Shown here in pieces: positions 21,481-32,481 of a stretch of 64,000 nucleotides of DNA. Position 1 is the stretch's first letter; every line of letters begins with the position of its first letter. The position numbers and the translations under genes are program-made. Source of the DNA: an uncultured Bacilli bacterium (lineage in GTDB: Bacteria; Bacillota_I; Bacilli_A; RF39; UBA660); NCBI GenBank assembly GCA_947626095.1, contig CANQQV010000010.1:1-64000 (forward strand). Direction: 5' to 3'. The notes beneath the pieces are model-generated. The model saw only the letters and a program-made list of their open reading frames with translations. It did no database searches and was not told where the DNA came from.

Positions 21481-22020
21481 TTATTTAGCAGCTTTTTTAC
21501 CTTCTTTACGACGAACATATTCACCTTTGTAACGAATACCTTTACCTTTGTATGGTTCAGGTTCTCTTACACTACGAACATTAGCCGCAAATTCAGCAAC
21601 TCTTTGCTTATCGATACCAGAAATTGTAATTTCGGTATTACTTGTTTGTTCTGCTTTAAGACCAGCAGGAACTTCTATTATTACTGGATGAGAATATCCA
21701 GCGTTAATATTAATTTTATTACCTTGAACTTGGAATCTATAACCAACTCCGACAGCTTCAAGTTCTTTTTTATAACCTTCTGTTACACCAACAATCATAT
21801 TATGAATTAAAGCATTTGTTGTACCATGTAATTGTTTGTTAGTTTTTGTATCATTAGGTCTTTTTGTAATTATTTTGCCTTCAACTTCTTCAACACTTAT
21901 AATGCTTGATTTTTCTAAACTCAATTCGCCTTTAGGACCTTTAACAGTTACAGTATTATTATCAACAGTTACAGTAACACCTTGTGGAATTACTAATTCT
22001 CTTTTTCCTATTCTACTCAT
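21481..22020 (-). CDS. rplF: 50S ribosomal protein L6
   Basis: [17 protein letters not shown] motifs. Confidence 0.98.
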   Translation of the reverse strand: MSRIGKRELVIPQGVTVTVDNNTVTVKGPKGELSLEKSSIISVEEVEGKIITKRPNDTKTNKQLHGTTNALIHNMIVGVTEGYKKELEAVGVGYRFQVQGNKININAGYSHPVIIEVPAGLKAEQTSNTEITISGIDKQRVAEFAANVRSVREPEPYKGKGIRYKGEYVRRKEGKKAAK

Positions 22021-22033
22021 AACCTAATTTTCC

Positions 22034-22429
22034 TTACCAAATGTAGGCAAGTACTTCTCCTCCTAGACCAGCTTCACGAGCTTCTTTATCAGTCATTAAT
22101 CCTTTTGAAGTTGAAATGATTGCAATTCCTAAACCGTTAAGTACACGAGGAATTTCATCACGTTTGGCATAGACACGTAATCCAGATTTAGAAATTCTCT
22201 TTAAACCTGTAATAACTCTTTCTTTTTTAGCACCATACTTAAGAGTTAATGTTAATTTATCACCCTTAGTATCTTTTTCATAACTGAAATCAGCTATGTA
22301 TCCTTCACGTTTTAGAATTTCAGCAATTCCTAAAGTCATTTTTGAACCTAAAACTTCTACTGTTTCATATCTCATTTGATTTGCATTACGTATTCTTGTA
22401 AGCATATCAGCTATTATATCTCCTACCAT
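22034..22429 (-). CDS. rpsH: 30S ribosomal protein S8
   Basis: [26 protein letters not shown] motifs. Confidence 0.98.
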   Translation of the reverse strand: MVGDIIADMLTRIRNANQMRYETVEVLGSKMTLGIAEILKREGYIADFSYEKDTKGDKLTLTLKYGAKKERVITGLKRISKSGLRVYAKRDEIPRVLNGLGIAIISTSKGLMTDKEAREAGLGGEVLAYIW

Positions 22430-22448
22430 AGTCTAAATTCCTCCTTTC

Positions 22449-22634
22449 CTACCAGCTTGATTTCTTTACACCAGGTATTTGTCCATTGTTAGCCATTTCT
22501 CTAAAACAAATACGGCATAATTTATATTTACGTAGAACTCCGTGAGGACGTCCACATCTTTCGCAACGAGTATAAGCTCTTGATTTAAATTTTGCAGGTC
22601 TTTGTTGTTTTACTTTTAAACTAGTCTTTGCCAT
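22449..22634 (-). CDS. rpsN: 30S ribosomal protein S14 (type Z, zinc-binding)
   Basis: RCERCGR..LCRICFR; 61 aa from ATG 22634. Confidence 0.97.
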   Translation of the reverse strand: MAKTSLKVKQQRPAKFKSRAYTRCERCGRPHGVLRKYKLCRICFREMANNGQIPGVKKSSW

Positions 22635-22653
22635 AAATATTTTCCTCCTCTTT

Positions 22654-23193
22654 CTACTTTCTAAATGGCATTCCGAATCCATTTAATAATTCGTATGCTT
22701 CTTCGTTTGTTTTTGCAGTTGTTACGAATACGATATCCATACCTCTTATTTTTAAGATTTGATCATATTCGATTTCAGGGAATATAATTTGTTCTTTAAT
22801 TCCAAGTGTATAATTTCCTTTGCCATCAAAAGCAGTTTTTGATACGCCTCTGAAGTCTCTTACACGTGGAAGAGCAGCTTTAATTAATTTTTCCATGAAA
22901 TTGTACATATTTTCACCACGTAATGTAACTTTAGCTCCAATTACTTGGCCTTCTCTTATTTTAAAGCCAGCTATTGATTTACGAGCTTTTGTTACAACAG
23001 GTTTTTGACCAGCTATTTGTTCTAGGTCTTTAACTGCTGCTTCAATGAATTTTGAATCATGTGAAGCTTCGCCAACTCCCATGTTAATAACTATTTTTTC
23101 TAGTCTTGGAACTTCCATAACTGAAGAATAGTTAAATTTTTTCATTAGAGAGTCTACGATTTGTTCATTATATAATTTCTTAAATGTACTCAT
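22654..23193 (-). CDS. rplE: 50S ribosomal protein L5
   Basis: [32 protein letters not shown] motifs. Confidence 0.98.
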   Translation of the reverse strand: MSTFKKLYNEQIVDSLMKKFNYSSVMEVPRLEKIVINMGVGEASHDSKFIEAAVKDLEQIAGQKPVVTKARKSIAGFKIREGQVIGAKVTLRGENMYNFMEKLIKAALPRVRDFRGVSKTAFDGKGNYTLGIKEQIIFPEIEYDQILKIRGMDIVFVTTAKTNEEAYELLNGFGMPFRK

Positions 23194-23204
23194 ATCTTCA
23201 CCCA

Positions 23205-23546
23205 CTAACTAGCTTTCTTTTCAGATTTTTTTGTTGTTTTTTTAGCTGCTGTTTTTGTAGCTTTCTTTTCTACTTTTTCTTCTTTTACTTCTTTAGTTGC
23301 TTTAGCTTCTTTTTTAGGAGCTTTTTTAGATTCAGCTAATTTTACGTTAGATACATGAATTGGTGCTTCTACTTCAATGATAGAACCTACTTCATTCATA
23401 CGATTTGGTTTGATGTGTTTTTTAACGATGTTTATTCCTTCAACTACAACCTTATTTTCTTTAGTCATAGTCTTAATAATTCTTCCTTCTTTACCTTTAT
23501 CTTTACCGGCAAGAATTCTTACATTATCTCCAACTTTTACTTTCAT
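23205..23546 (-). CDS. rplX: 50S ribosomal protein L24 with Lys/Ala/Glu-rich C-terminal tail
   Basis: GD.V...[17 protein letters not shown] motifs. Confidence 0.96.
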   Translation of the reverse strand: MKVKVGDNVRILAGKDKGKEGRIIKTMTKENKVVVEGINIVKKHIKPNRMNEVGSIIEVEAPIHVSNVKLAESKKAPKKEAKATKEVKEEKVEKKATKTAAKKTTKKSEKKAS

Positions 23547-23560
23547 ATTAATAGTTCCTC

Positions 23561-23929
23561 CTATAATACTTCAGGTGCAAGTGATACAATCTTCATGAAA
23601 TCTTTTTCACGAAGTTCACGAGCAACAGGTCCTAAAACTCTAGTTCCAATTGGACTCTTATCATCTCTAATTAAAACACATGCATTGTCATCAAATTTAA
23701 TATATGATCCATCAGCTCTTCTAACACCTTGAACTGTTCTAACGATTACAGCTTTAACAACTTTTCCTTTTGGAACATTACTATTAGGAATAGCTTTTTT
23801 AACAGTTCCAACGACGATATCACCAATGTTACCGCTTTTAACTTTACTTCCACCAACAACTCTAATAACTAGTAATTCACGAGCACCAGAGTTATCAGCA
23901 ACTTTAAGTCTTGATTCTTGCATTACCAT
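23561..23929 (-). CDS. rplN: 50S ribosomal protein L14
   Basis: VADNSGA, GTR..GPV.RELR, SLAPEVL motifs. Confidence 0.99.
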   Translation of the reverse strand: MVMQESRLKVADNSGARELLVIRVVGGSKVKSGNIGDIVVGTVKKAIPNSNVPKGKVVKAVIVRTVQGVRRADGSYIKFDDNACVLIRDDKSPIGTRVLGPVARELREKDFMKIVSLAPEVL

Positions 23930-23940
23930 AATGATACCTC

Positions 23941-24201
23941 CTATAGGATTACAGCCTCAACTAGTACTTCAGTAAGTTCATATCTCTTAGTTTTAGATAA
24001 TGGTCTAGTACTAGTAATCTTAACTGTATCCCCTTCTTTAGCTTTATTAAACTCATCATGAGCTGTATATTTCTTCGAGTATTTAACTCTTTTTCCATAA
24101 AGTGGATGCTTTTTATATGTTTCAACTAAAACAGTAATAGTCTTATCGTTTTTAGCACTTACAACTTTACCGATTAATGATGTTCTTTTAGTCTCTTCCA
24201 T
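23941..24201 (-). CDS. rpsQ: 30S ribosomal protein S17
   Basis: [21 protein letters not shown] motifs. Confidence 0.98.
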   Translation of the reverse strand: MEETKRTSLIGKVVSAKNDKTITVLVETYKKHPLYGKRVKYSKKYTAHDEFNKAKEGDTVKITSTRPLSKTKRYELTEVLVEAVIL

Positions 24202-24413
24202 TATTTTTCGCCTCCAATTTCTCTTTCTTTTAGAATGGTTTTCATTCTAGCAACATTTTTTCTTAATTCACGAATCCTAGATGGTTTTTCTAATGAACCA
24301 GTTGATTGTTTTAATCTAAGATCGAATAATTCTTTTTTTGCTTCAGTGATTCTTGTATTAAGTTCTTCATCAGATAAAGCTCTTAATTCTTTAACTACTT
24401 CATTAACCTTCAT
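24201..24413 (-). CDS. rpmC: 50S ribosomal protein L29
   Basis: ELR.LS..EL, ELF.LR, R..VAR..T motifs; start 24413. Confidence 0.96.
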   Translation of the reverse strand: MKVNEVVKELRALSDEELNTRITEAKKELFDLRLKQSTGSLEKPSRIRELRKNVARMKTILKEREIGGEK

Positions 24414-24837
24414 TAGATTCACCACCCTTATCTTCTTTCTTTACAAATTTGCATGTAATTGGAAGTTTATGTGAAGCAAGTCTTAAAGCTTCTCTAGCGA
24501 TGTCTTCAGTTACGCCACCAATTTCAAACATAATTTTTCCTTTTTTAACAACAGCTACCCATTGTTCAACGTTTCCTTTACCTTTACCTTGACGAACACC
24601 TAATGGTTTTTGAGTAAGAGGTGAATGTGGGAATATGTTAATGTATACTTGTCCACCACGTTTCATGAAACGAGTCATGGCAATACGTGCAGCTTCGATT
24701 TGTTGAGCAGTAATATAAGTTCCTTCAGTAGCCATTAAACCATATTCACCGAATGTTAGCTTAGTATTACCTTTAGCATGTCCTTCGTATGATAAACGAT
24801 GTTGTTTACGATACTTAGTTCTTTTTGGCATCAACAT
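24403..24837 (-). CDS. rplP: 50S ribosomal protein L16
   Basis: [22 protein letters not shown] motifs; start 24837. Confidence 0.98.
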   Translation of the reverse strand: MLMPKRTKYRKQHRLSYEGHAKGNTKLTFGEYGLMATEGTYITAQQIEAARIAMTRFMKRGGQVYINIFPHSPLTQKPLGVRQGKGKGNVEQWVAVVKKGKIMFEIGGVTEDIAREALRLASHKLPITCKFVKKEDKGGESNEG

Positions 24838-25495
24838 TTTTAACATCTCCCTTCGTTACTTTTTTAGTAGGAAGAATTTCACCTTTGTAAATCCAAACTT
24901 TTACACCAATCTTACCATAAGTAGTATTGGCTTCAGCGATAGCATAATCAATGTCGGCTCTGATTGTATGTAGAGGAACAGTTCCTTCTGTATAACCTTC
25001 AGAACGAGCCATTTCAGCGCCGCCTAATCTTCCTGAAACTGAAGTTTTAATACCTTTAGCTCCAGCCTTCATAGTATTTCTGATAGCTCTTTTTTGCGCA
25101 CTTCTAAATGGTGCACGAGCTTCGATTTGTTGAGCGATTTGTTCAGCTACTAATTTAGCATTTAAATCTGGATTTTTAACTTCGATGATTGATACATATA
25201 CATCTTCATCTACTAATTTCTTAAGTTCATTTCTTAATTTTTCAATATCTTCTCCGCCATGTCCGATAATAATACCAGGTTTAGCAGTATAGATTTTAAC
25301 ATCTGTTCTTTTAGTAGTTCTTTCGATAACTACTTCAGCAACAGCTGCATCTTTCATTTTCTTTGCTAAGAATTTACGGATTTTGTCATCTTTATTTAAA
25401 AGAGTACCAAAATCTTTTTTAGTTGCAAACCAATTAGCAGTCCAATCTTTATTAACACCTACTCTTAGGCCTATTGGATTAACTTTTTGTCCCAT
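24815..25495 (-). CDS. rpsC: 30S ribosomal protein S3
   Basis: [30 protein letters not shown] motifs. Confidence 0.99.
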   Translation of the reverse strand: MGQKVNPIGLRVGVNKDWTANWFATKKDFGTLLNKDDKIRKFLAKKMKDAAVAEVVIERTTKRTDVKIYTAKPGIIIGHGGEDIEKLRNELKKLVDEDVYVSIIEVKNPDLNAKLVAEQIAQQIEARAPFRSAQKRAIRNTMKAGAKGIKTSVSGRLGGAEMARSEGYTEGTVPLHTIRADIDYAIAEANTTYGKIGVKVWIYKGEILPTKKVTKGDVKNVDAKKN

Positions 25496-25496
25496 A

Positions 25497-25841
25497 CTAT
25501 TTTGCCTCCTTATTATCAGATACTTTTACAGTAATATGACTTGTTCTTTTATCTCTTCTATCAACTTTAGTTCTTGAACCAAATTTGATTCTTTTTAATA
25601 CTTGACCTGGATTGATGTAGCATTCAGAGATTACAAGTTCAGATTCATTAGCGCCATAATTGTTTACAGCATTTGCAACAGCAGAATTTAAAACTTTAAG
25701 GATTAATCTGCTAGCTTTAGTATTAGTATTTTCTAAAATACCTTGGGCAGTTAATACGTCTTTACCTCTTACTAAGTCAAGAGTCATTCTTGCTTTACGA
25801 GGAGCGATCATTGCACCTTTATGTATTGCGTATGTTTCCAT
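25497..25841 (-). CDS. rplV: 50S ribosomal protein L22
   Basis: PRKAR...[17 protein letters not shown] motifs. Confidence 0.96.
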   Translation of the reverse strand: METYAIHKGAMIAPRKARMTLDLVRGKDVLTAQGILENTNTKASRLILKVLNSAVANAVNNYGANESELVISECYINPGQVLKRIKFGSRTKVDRRDKRTSHITVKVSDNKEAK

Positions 25842-25858
25842 TACTTACTCTCTCCTTC

Positions 25859-26122
25859 CTACTTTTGTCCAGCGTGTCCACCGAATTTACGAGTTAATGC
25901 AAATTCGCCTAATTTATGTCCAACCATATCTTCAGTAATATATACTGGGATAAATTCTTTTCCGTTATGAACAGCTATTGTATGTCCAACGAAGTCAGGA
26001 TAAATAGTTGAACGACGAGACCAAGTTTTAATAACTTCTTTTTTATTATTTTTATTTAATTCTTGAACCCTTTTAAGTAATCTATCGAAAACATAAGGTC
26101 CCTTTTTTAAACTTCTTGCCAT
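25859..26122 (-). CDS. rpsS: 30S ribosomal protein S19
   Basis: [23 protein letters not shown] motifs. Confidence 0.99.
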   Translation of the reverse strand: MARSLKKGPYVFDRLLKRVQELNKNNKKEVIKTWSRRSTIYPDFVGHTIAVHNGKEFIPVYITEDMVGHKLGEFALTRKFGGHAGQK

Positions 26123-26135
26123 TATTTATTTCCTC

Positions 26136-26966
26136 CTATTTCTTCTTACGACTAACAATTAGCTTGCTAGATTGTTTTTTATTCTTACGAGTCTTAAGAC
26201 CCATAGCTTTTTTACCCCATGGAGTCATTGGTGACTTACGTCCTACAGGAGCACGTCCTTCACCACCACCATGTGGGTGGTCATTAGGGTTCATTACAGA
26301 ACCACGGTTTGTAGGTCTTACGCCTAAGTGACGAGTACGTCCAGCTTTACCCCAGTTTACTAGTTCGTAATCTTCATTACCAACTACACCAACTGTAGCC
26401 ATACAAGTTCCTAAAACTTTTCTTGTTTCACCAGATTGTAATCTGATTAAAACATATTTGTCTTCACGGCCTAGGATTTGAGCACTTGTACCAGCAGAAC
26501 GGCAAAGTCTTGCACCAGCACCAGGTTGTAATTCAATACAATGAATTGTTGTACCTACTGGAATGTTTTCAAGTGGTAGTGCATTACCAACTTTGATATC
26601 AGCGTCAGCACCACTTTCAATTATTGAACCAACAGTTAAATCTTTTGGTGCAATAATATATCTTTTTTCGCCATCACGATAATTAATTAAAGCGATGTTA
26701 GCGTTACGATTTGGATCGTATTCGATTGTTGCTACTTTACCAGTAACTCCAACTTTATCTCTTTTGAAATCTATAACTCTGTATTTTTGTTTAGCTCCTC
26801 CACCAATGTGGCGAACTGTCATTTTTCCTTGGTTATTTCTACCACCAGTTTTGATTTTAGAAACAACTAAAGATTTTTCAGGAGTACTAGAAGTTATTTC
26901 AGTATTTGATAAAGTAGTCATTCCACGACGACCATTAGTCGTTGGTTTATAAGTCTTTATTGCCAT
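26136..26966 (-). CDS. rplB: 50S ribosomal protein L2
   Basis: [19 protein letters not shown] motifs. Confidence 0.99.
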   Translation of the reverse strand: MAIKTYKPTTNGRRGMTTLSNTEITSSTPEKSLVVSKIKTGGRNNQGKMTVRHIGGGAKQKYRVIDFKRDKVGVTGKVATIEYDPNRNANIALINYRDGEKRYIIAPKDLTVGSIIESGADADIKVGNALPLENIPVGTTIHCIELQPGAGARLCRSAGTSAQILGREDKYVLIRLQSGETRKVLGTCMATVGVVGNEDYELVNWGKAGRTRHLGVRPTNRGSVMNPNDHPHGGGEGRAPVGRKSPMTPWGKKAMGLKTRKNKKQSSKLIVSRKKK

Positions 26967-26982
26967 AATTTCTTCACTCCTT

Positions 26983-27258
26983 CTATAATTCTATTTTTTC
27001 GCCATCAGCAACAGTGATGAACGCTTTCTTATAAGTTTTTGTTTCGCCTGTATATCTTCCAACTCTTTTAGCTTTTGGTTTAGTATTTAAAGTATTAACT
27101 TTAACTACATGAACACCAAAGGCAGCTTCGATAGCTTTTTTAATTTCAATTTTATTAGCTTCTTTAGCTACTTTAAAAGTATATACATTTGCTTCTGCTT
27201 GAGTAGCAGCTTTTTCTGTAATTACAGGTGCAATAATAATATCAGTATAATCTTTCAT
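26983..27258 (-). CDS. rplW: 50S ribosomal protein L23
   Basis: P.ITEK, ANK.EIK.A.E..F.V.V.KVNT motifs. Confidence 0.97.
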   Translation of the reverse strand: MKDYTDIIIAPVITEKAATQAEANVYTFKVAKEANKIEIKKAIEAAFGVHVVKVNTLNTKPKAKRVGRYTGETKTYKKAFITVADGEKIEL

Positions 27259-27881
27259 TATTTAAGTCCCCCTTCAATTACTTTAACAGCTTCTTCATCA
27301 ACTACTAATACATCAGCATTTACTAAGTCATAGCAGTTAATTTCATCAGCATTTATATTGTAAGCATAGCCTAAGTTTCTACTTGCCATATATAAGTTTT
27401 CGTTATCTTCACCAGTTACGAATAAAACTTTACCAGCTAAGTTTAATGTTGTAATTAAATCTTTAACTTCTTTAGTTTTTAATGTAGCTAGTTTAATGTT
27501 ATCAACAACTACTAGTTCTTTATCTTGATATTTATGAGATAAAGCACTTTTTAGAGCAAGAGCTCTTTCTTTTTTATTAATTTGGAATGTGTAATCTCTT
27601 GGAGTAACTCCACCAGCGATTCCACCTCCGCGCCATTGAGTAGCTCTAATAGAACCTTGACGAGCTCTACCAGTACCTTTTTGTCTCCATGGTTTTCTAC
27701 CGCCACCTGAAACTTCTGAACGAGTTTTAGTTTTAGCAGTACCTTGTCTTGTTGCAGCTAATTGTAAATCGATAGCTTTTTTAAGTACGATGTCATTAGC
27801 TTCAATATTCCAAACACTATCTTCTAGTGTTAAATCTTTTAGTTTTTCACCTTTAACATTAACTAATTGTATTTTTGCCAT
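27258..27881 (-). CDS. rplD: 50S ribosomal protein L4
   Basis: [18 protein letters not shown] motif. Confidence 0.98.
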   Translation of the reverse strand: MAKIQLVNVKGEKLKDLTLEDSVWNIEANDIVLKKAIDLQLAATRQGTAKTKTRSEVSGGGRKPWRQKGTGRARQGSIRATQWRGGGIAGGVTPRDYTFQINKKERALALKSALSHKYQDKELVVVDNIKLATLKTKEVKDLITTLNLAGKVLFVTGEDNENLYMASRNLGYAYNINADEINCYDLVNADVLVVDEEAVKVIEGGLK

Positions 27882-27908
27882 ATTAGATCACCTTTCTTCA
27901 GTAAATAA

Positions 27909-28730
27909 TTACTTACTTTCTCCTTGGTTTTCTTCTGTAGCTTCTGCATCAGTTGTGTCTTCAACAACTTCTTCAGTAGTTTCTTCTACTGGAGTTTCAG
28001 TTTCAGCAACTGTTTCTTCAGCAGTTTCTACTGTTTCAGCACTTTCTACAACTTCATCAACAACAGTTTCATCAGAATAAGTTAATACTTCTTTTGGAGT
28101 ATTTGAACCTTTCTTTTTAGCTGCTGACTTAATTAAAACTAAAGATTTTTTAGCTCCTGGAATATTTCCACTTACTAATACGTAATTTTCTGCAACATTT
28201 ACTTCAATTATTTCTAGATTTTGGATTGTTGTAGTTTCAACACCCATGTGTCCAGGTAATTTTTTACCTTTAAGAACGTGCATTGGTAACATTGTTCCTA
28301 ATGAACCTGGTCTTCTATGATAACGTGAACCATGAGCCATTGGACCTCTTGATTGATTCCAACGTTTGATTACACCTTCAGTACCTTTACCTTTGCTTGT
28401 TCCAGTTACGTCAACATATTCACCAACAGTAAATATATCAGCGCTAATTGTATCTCCTAAGTTATAAGTACCTTCGTAATCACGAATTTCTTTTAAGTAG
28501 CGCTTAGGAGTAGTGTTTGCTTTTTTAGCATGACCAATGCTAGCTTTAGTAGCATTTTTTTCTTTTTTGTCCACTGTAGCTAATTGGATTGCATTATAAC
28601 CATCGTTTTCAACTGTTTTAACTTGAGTTACAACGTTTGGTTCAACTGATACAACAGTTACAGGAACTAGTTTTCCATCTTTTGTAAAGACTTGAGTCAT
28701 TCCGACTTTACGTCCTAAGATTCCTTTCAT
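27909..28730 (-). CDS. rplC: 50S ribosomal protein L3 with long acidic C-terminal extension
   Basis: G.KVGMTQ, SKGKG..G..KRW, HGS.YHR.PGS motifs; about 55-aa E/T/V/A tail. Confidence 0.98.
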   Translation of the reverse strand: MKGILGRKVGMTQVFTKDGKLVPVTVVSVEPNVVTQVKTVENDGYNAIQLATVDKKEKNATKASIGHAKKANTTPKRYLKEIRDYEGTYNLGDTISADIFTVGEYVDVTGTSKGKGTEGVIKRWNQSRGPMAHGSRYHRRPGSLGTMLPMHVLKGKKLPGHMGVETTTIQNLEIIEVNVAENYVLVSGNIPGAKKSLVLIKSAAKKKGSNTPKEVLTYSDETVVDEVVESAETVETAEETVAETETPVEETTEEVVEDTTDAEATEENQGESK

Positions 28731-28754
28731 TTTCTTACCTCCGTTTGATTTTTA

Positions 28755-29060
28755 TTATTTTATGTTAATAGCTACGCCACTTGGAATATCTAAGTGAGCT
28801 AATGCTTCAACAGTTTCTTTTGTTGGGTTTTTGATATCGATTAATCTCTTATGAGTACGACTTTCAAATTGTTCTCTAGAGTCTTTGTACATGTGTACAG
28901 CTCTTAGGATAGTAACCTTTTCTACATCAGTAGGTAGAGGTACTGGTCCAACAACTTCTCCCCCAGTTCTTTTAACAGTTTCAACTATTTTTCCGCAAGC
29001 TTGATCTAAAACTCTGTGATCATAAGCTTTTAGAGTAATACGAACTTTGTTACTTGACAT
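28755..29060 (-). CDS. rpsJ: 30S ribosomal protein S10
   Basis: L.AYDH..LD, GP.PLPT, SREQFE.RTHKRL motifs. Confidence 0.99.
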   Translation of the reverse strand: MSSNKVRITLKAYDHRVLDQACGKIVETVKRTGGEVVGPVPLPTDVEKVTILRAVHMYKDSREQFESRTHKRLIDIKNPTKETVEALAHLDIPSGVAINIK

Positions 29061-29064
29061 TATA

Positions 29065-29185
29065 TGTCCTCCCTTCGTCTATATCTAGTATAGGCTTGCT
29101 CCGTATAAATTCCCCGATAATTTTAGAAATTGTTTTAGCAACTCTTCCTAGTGTATCGGCAACCTCACACATCTACGCAGTCATA
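29065..29185 (-). promoter_or_regulatory. Putative structured S10-operon leader
   Basis: GC-richer 5' UTR (GAGGTTGCCGATACAC...ATCGGGGAATT...CGGAG) resembling Firmicutes rpsJ leaders. Confidence 0.55.
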
Positions 29186-29193
29186 CGATTTTC

Positions 29194-29222
29194 ATTATAG
29201 CAAGAAAGTTCGGTGAAATCAA
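29194..29222 (-). promoter_or_regulatory. sigmaA promoter of the S10 operon
   Basis: TTGATT-17 nt-TATAAT with extended -10 TG. Confidence 0.8.
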
Positions 29223-29293
29223 GCCTAAATTGAATTTTTAAATAAAAAAAATTAGAATTCATTATAATTCTAACTTTTTAAATTTCTTAATTT

Positions 29294-30037
29294 TTATTTT
29301 TCTTGAGCTTCAACGATGTTAATTTTCTCACATTGCTTTGTTTCGCTATTATAAGTATATTCATTTTCACAAGTAATAGTTGGATCTACTTCTTTAGTTA
29401 TTGTACATTTATTATTATTTAATGTGCCTTCTTCGCAAGTATATGTTGTTTTGGGAGTTGCTGTCTTATGACATTGACCATTTACTTCTTTTGTACCTGA
29501 TTGACAAGTTTGTTTATCAATAAAGCTAACTTCTGCTACGACTATATCCACGCACACTCCATCTTTAAATCGCGAACAAGCTGAATTATAGCATTTACCT
29601 TCGTCAACAAAAGCTGAGCTTTCCATTTCTTCTCCGTTAACCCACTTGTATGAACCTCTATCGTATTCCTTAGTTAACTCACAAACTTTTTGAGTCTCTT
29701 TATCATATGTTTCAGTGCTTATGCATATATTTCCGCTTAAAGTATAATCTTTATCACAAGTTTTAGTAGATTTAGCAGCTAAAGTTTCGGTTTTAGTACA
29801 TTTTCCATCTTTTAAAGCATAATCTGTTTCACACTTAGTTGTGCCTTCAGTTGTTAAAACAATTTCACATTTATCGTCTTTTAATGTTCCCTCTTCACAA
29901 TATAATTGTTTATTTGTTTCCGGAGTAGAACTACCTGTTGGAGTATTATCAGTGTTTGAAGATGATTCCTTTTTGTCTCCACAACCTATTAATAGTAACA
30001 ATATAATTATTAAAATAATGCTTTTTTTATATTTCAT
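29294..30037 (-). CDS. Cys-rich repeat lipoprotein
   Basis: MKYKK, hydrophobic stretch and lipobox LIGC; at least six C-x(9-12)-C units such as CEEGTLKDDKC; start moved to 30037. Confidence 0.8.
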   Translation of the reverse strand: MKYKKSIILIIILLLLIGCGDKKESSSNTDNTPTGSSTPETNKQLYCEEGTLKDDKCEIVLTTEGTTKCETDYALKDGKCTKTETLAAKSTKTCDKDYTLSGNICISTETYDKETQKVCELTKEYDRGSYKWVNGEEMESSAFVDEGKCYNSACSRFKDGVCVDIVVAEVSFIDKQTCQSGTKEVNGQCHKTATPKTTYTCEEGTLNNNKCTITKEVDPTITCENEYTYNSETKQCEKINIVEAQEK

Positions 30038-30076
30038 ATATATACTTCTTTCTTTTTTCATTTATTTATATATTTT

Positions 30077-31573
30077 TTATAATAATATTTCTGTATCTTT
30101 CATTTCTTTAGGAACCGCAATGTCCATATAAGATAGCAAGGTTGGGGCGAAACTATATAAATCACCATTATTTAGTTTGACTTTTTTATCTAGAATAATG
30201 AATGGAACCGGACTGGTGGTATTTCGCGTGATTATTTCATTATCACGATTAATAATGGTATCTGTTTTAGCATGACTACTTACTATTATGACTTTATAAA
30301 AGTTTTCTTCGGCTGTTTCTAATAGTTTGCCTAGACAAATATCAACGGCTTGTAAGCCATTTATGGTAGCTCCATAATTACCAGTATGACCTACTTCGTC
30401 GGGGTTAGCAAAATTAACAAGAATAAAGTCATAATCTTTTTCCATACATTCAATGGCTGTTTTAGAAATAGCTAGGGAACTCATTTCTGGTTTCATATCA
30501 AAGCTATCAACGACTGGTGAGTCAACACAGAAAACATCGCAGTTATTGATATTATTGTATTTTTCACCATTAATGAAATAACTCATGGGATAGGTTTTAA
30601 CACTTTCGTAGATATGAGCTTGATTTAAACCAAGTTCTGATAAATATTCACATAACGTATGATTGACAGCTTTTGATTCGAAGAAATAGTTACGACTTAA
30701 GTTCTTATCTATTTCATATAAACTATATATCTTAATATTAGTGGAATAAGTATCAAACTCAATAAAATCTTTATTGAGCATAGCATTAAGAAGTTGTAAT
30801 TGGTTTTCTTTACTAAAACTTAAGAATAGAAAAGCATCACTTGGTTGTAAATTAGTAAAGTTACGAGTTTTTAAAGGTGGTAAATATTCATCAGTTATAT
30901 TTTTCTCATAACATCTATCGATTGTTTGTCCTAAGTTACCCGCTTCAATACCTTTACCAGTATAAAGTAAATCGTAATACATTTTAGTACGGGCATAATC
31001 CTTAGTGTAATCCATAGCATAGTATCTACCACAAACGGAAGCGATAAAAATATTATCAGTTATTAAATGGTTAATACTCTTAATATATTTATATACGGAA
31101 TAACGATCGGAATCTTTACCATCAGCGACTAGATGTAAATATATATTATTTTTTAATTCGTAGTTTTTTAATAATTCAAGAAATGATTGAAGGTGTTTGA
31201 TATGTGATGAAACGCCTCCATCAGATATTAGAAAGTTAAGATGAAGATTTTTAGCACTATTACTTTTTAAATATTCAATCATTTCGTTAAACTTACCATT
31301 GTATTTTAAACGTTCTTTTTGAAATATCTCATTAACATCGGCCAAACGATTGGAAGTTAAACGACCAGCACCAATTAATTTATGACCTAAGGCACTACTT
31401 CCAGGTTGACCTTCAGGCAAATTAGCTGATGGACCACTAGCTTTTAGTAAACAATGAGGATATTCGTTCCATATATTGATAAAATTATTCATTCCGGCAT
31501 TTTTTACAGCATTACCATAAGCATCTTCACGCATACCGAAACCATCTAATATAATAGCTAATATTTTTTTCAT
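30077..31573 (-). CDS. gpmI: 2,3-bisphosphoglycerate-independent phosphoglycerate mutase homologue (degenerate active site)
   Basis: IILDGFG, L.ASG, GRYYAMD, NFANPD.VGHTG motifs; several catalytic motifs altered. Confidence 0.85.
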   Translation of the reverse strand: MKKILAIILDGFGMREDAYGNAVKNAGMNNFINIWNEYPHCLLKASGPSANLPEGQPGSSALGHKLIGAGRLTSNRLADVNEIFQKERLKYNGKFNEMIEYLKSNSAKNLHLNFLISDGGVSSHIKHLQSFLELLKNYELKNNIYLHLVADGKDSDRYSVYKYIKSINHLITDNIFIASVCGRYYAMDYTKDYARTKMYYDLLYTGKGIEAGNLGQTIDRCYEKNITDEYLPPLKTRNFTNLQPSDAFLFLSFSKENQLQLLNAMLNKDFIEFDTYSTNIKIYSLYEIDKNLSRNYFFESKAVNHTLCEYLSELGLNQAHIYESVKTYPMSYFINGEKYNNINNCDVFCVDSPVVDSFDMKPEMSSLAISKTAIECMEKDYDFILVNFANPDEVGHTGNYGATINGLQAVDICLGKLLETAEENFYKVIIVSSHAKTDTIINRDNEIITRNTTSPVPFIILDKKVKLNNGDLYSFAPTLLSYMDIAVPKEMKDTEILL

Positions 31574-31651
31574 TTTCATTCTCCTATTAACATAATAGCA
31601 CAATTAGAAAGCAAAAAAAAGAAATTACAATGCGATAAAGTAATTTCTTGG

Positions 31652-32413
31652 TTAATATGATGTTCTTCCTTGTTCCATCATTATTTTATCAACGATAATA
31701 GCGATGAATTCACCATTAGTTGGTTTGGTTTTATAATAATCGACACAACTGGAAAATAGTTCGTTAGAGTATTCATAATTCCCACGGTCCCAACCAGTTT
31801 CAATAGCACTTCTAATTGACCGTTCAATACAACTTTCTTTTTTAGAAAATGATTTGGCTAACATCGGATATATCTCTTTAGTGATTGAAGTTAGCAAGCT
31901 TGGTTCTAAGTAACATTCATAAATAGCTTTGCGAAGATAGTGAAAGCCATTTTTATCAGGAGCGATACCTAGTTTCTTTAGAATTTCCGATACTTTGTCA
32001 TAAATAGATAGCTTTTGATAATTGTACTTTTCGTTCTTTCTTTTAATTTCTTCTAAAGAAAGAATTAAATCAGAAACAGAGTAATTTTTAGGAATAATAT
32101 TAAATAATTGATAATCACTGGTTGTCATATTATAACAATCTAATTTAATATTATCGATAACGATTGTTCGTGATAACAGGTATTTATTAGAATACTTAGT
32201 TAATAAACTTAAAATATCTTCACCAGGTAGAGTTCCATCAATAATGATAGCATCAATAGTTGAATTGATATCGTTGATAATATTTAAAGCATCTTTATAA
32301 TTATCAGTTGTATATTTGATGATAACTTCTGTAGATATTTTACTTATTTCTTCTTTTAGCCTTTTAGCTTCTGCGATACTACATACTACCAATGTGTTTA
32401 TATTGTTTTTCAT
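31652..32413 (-). CDS. spo0A: Spo0A-like regulator (atypical receiver plus Spo0A C-terminal DNA-binding domain)
   Basis: LG......G..YLR.AI, ITK..YP..AK, ERSIR.AIE..W.RG, KPTN.EFIA motifs. Confidence 0.8.
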   Translation of the reverse strand: MKNNINTLVVCSIAEAKRLKEEISKISTEVIIKYTTDNYKDALNIINDINSTIDAIIIDGTLPGEDILSLLTKYSNKYLLSRTIVIDNIKLDCYNMTTSDYQLFNIIPKNYSVSDLILSLEEIKRKNEKYNYQKLSIYDKVSEILKKLGIAPDKNGFHYLRKAIYECYLEPSLLTSITKEIYPMLAKSFSKKESCIERSIRSAIETGWDRGNYEYSNELFSSCVDYYKTKPTNGEFIAIIVDKIMMEQGRTSY

Positions 32414-32481
32414 ATCTAATTTCTCTTTCTATAATGATATTTTATTACGACTCTTTTTGGTATTATGTTATATTTTGTCGA

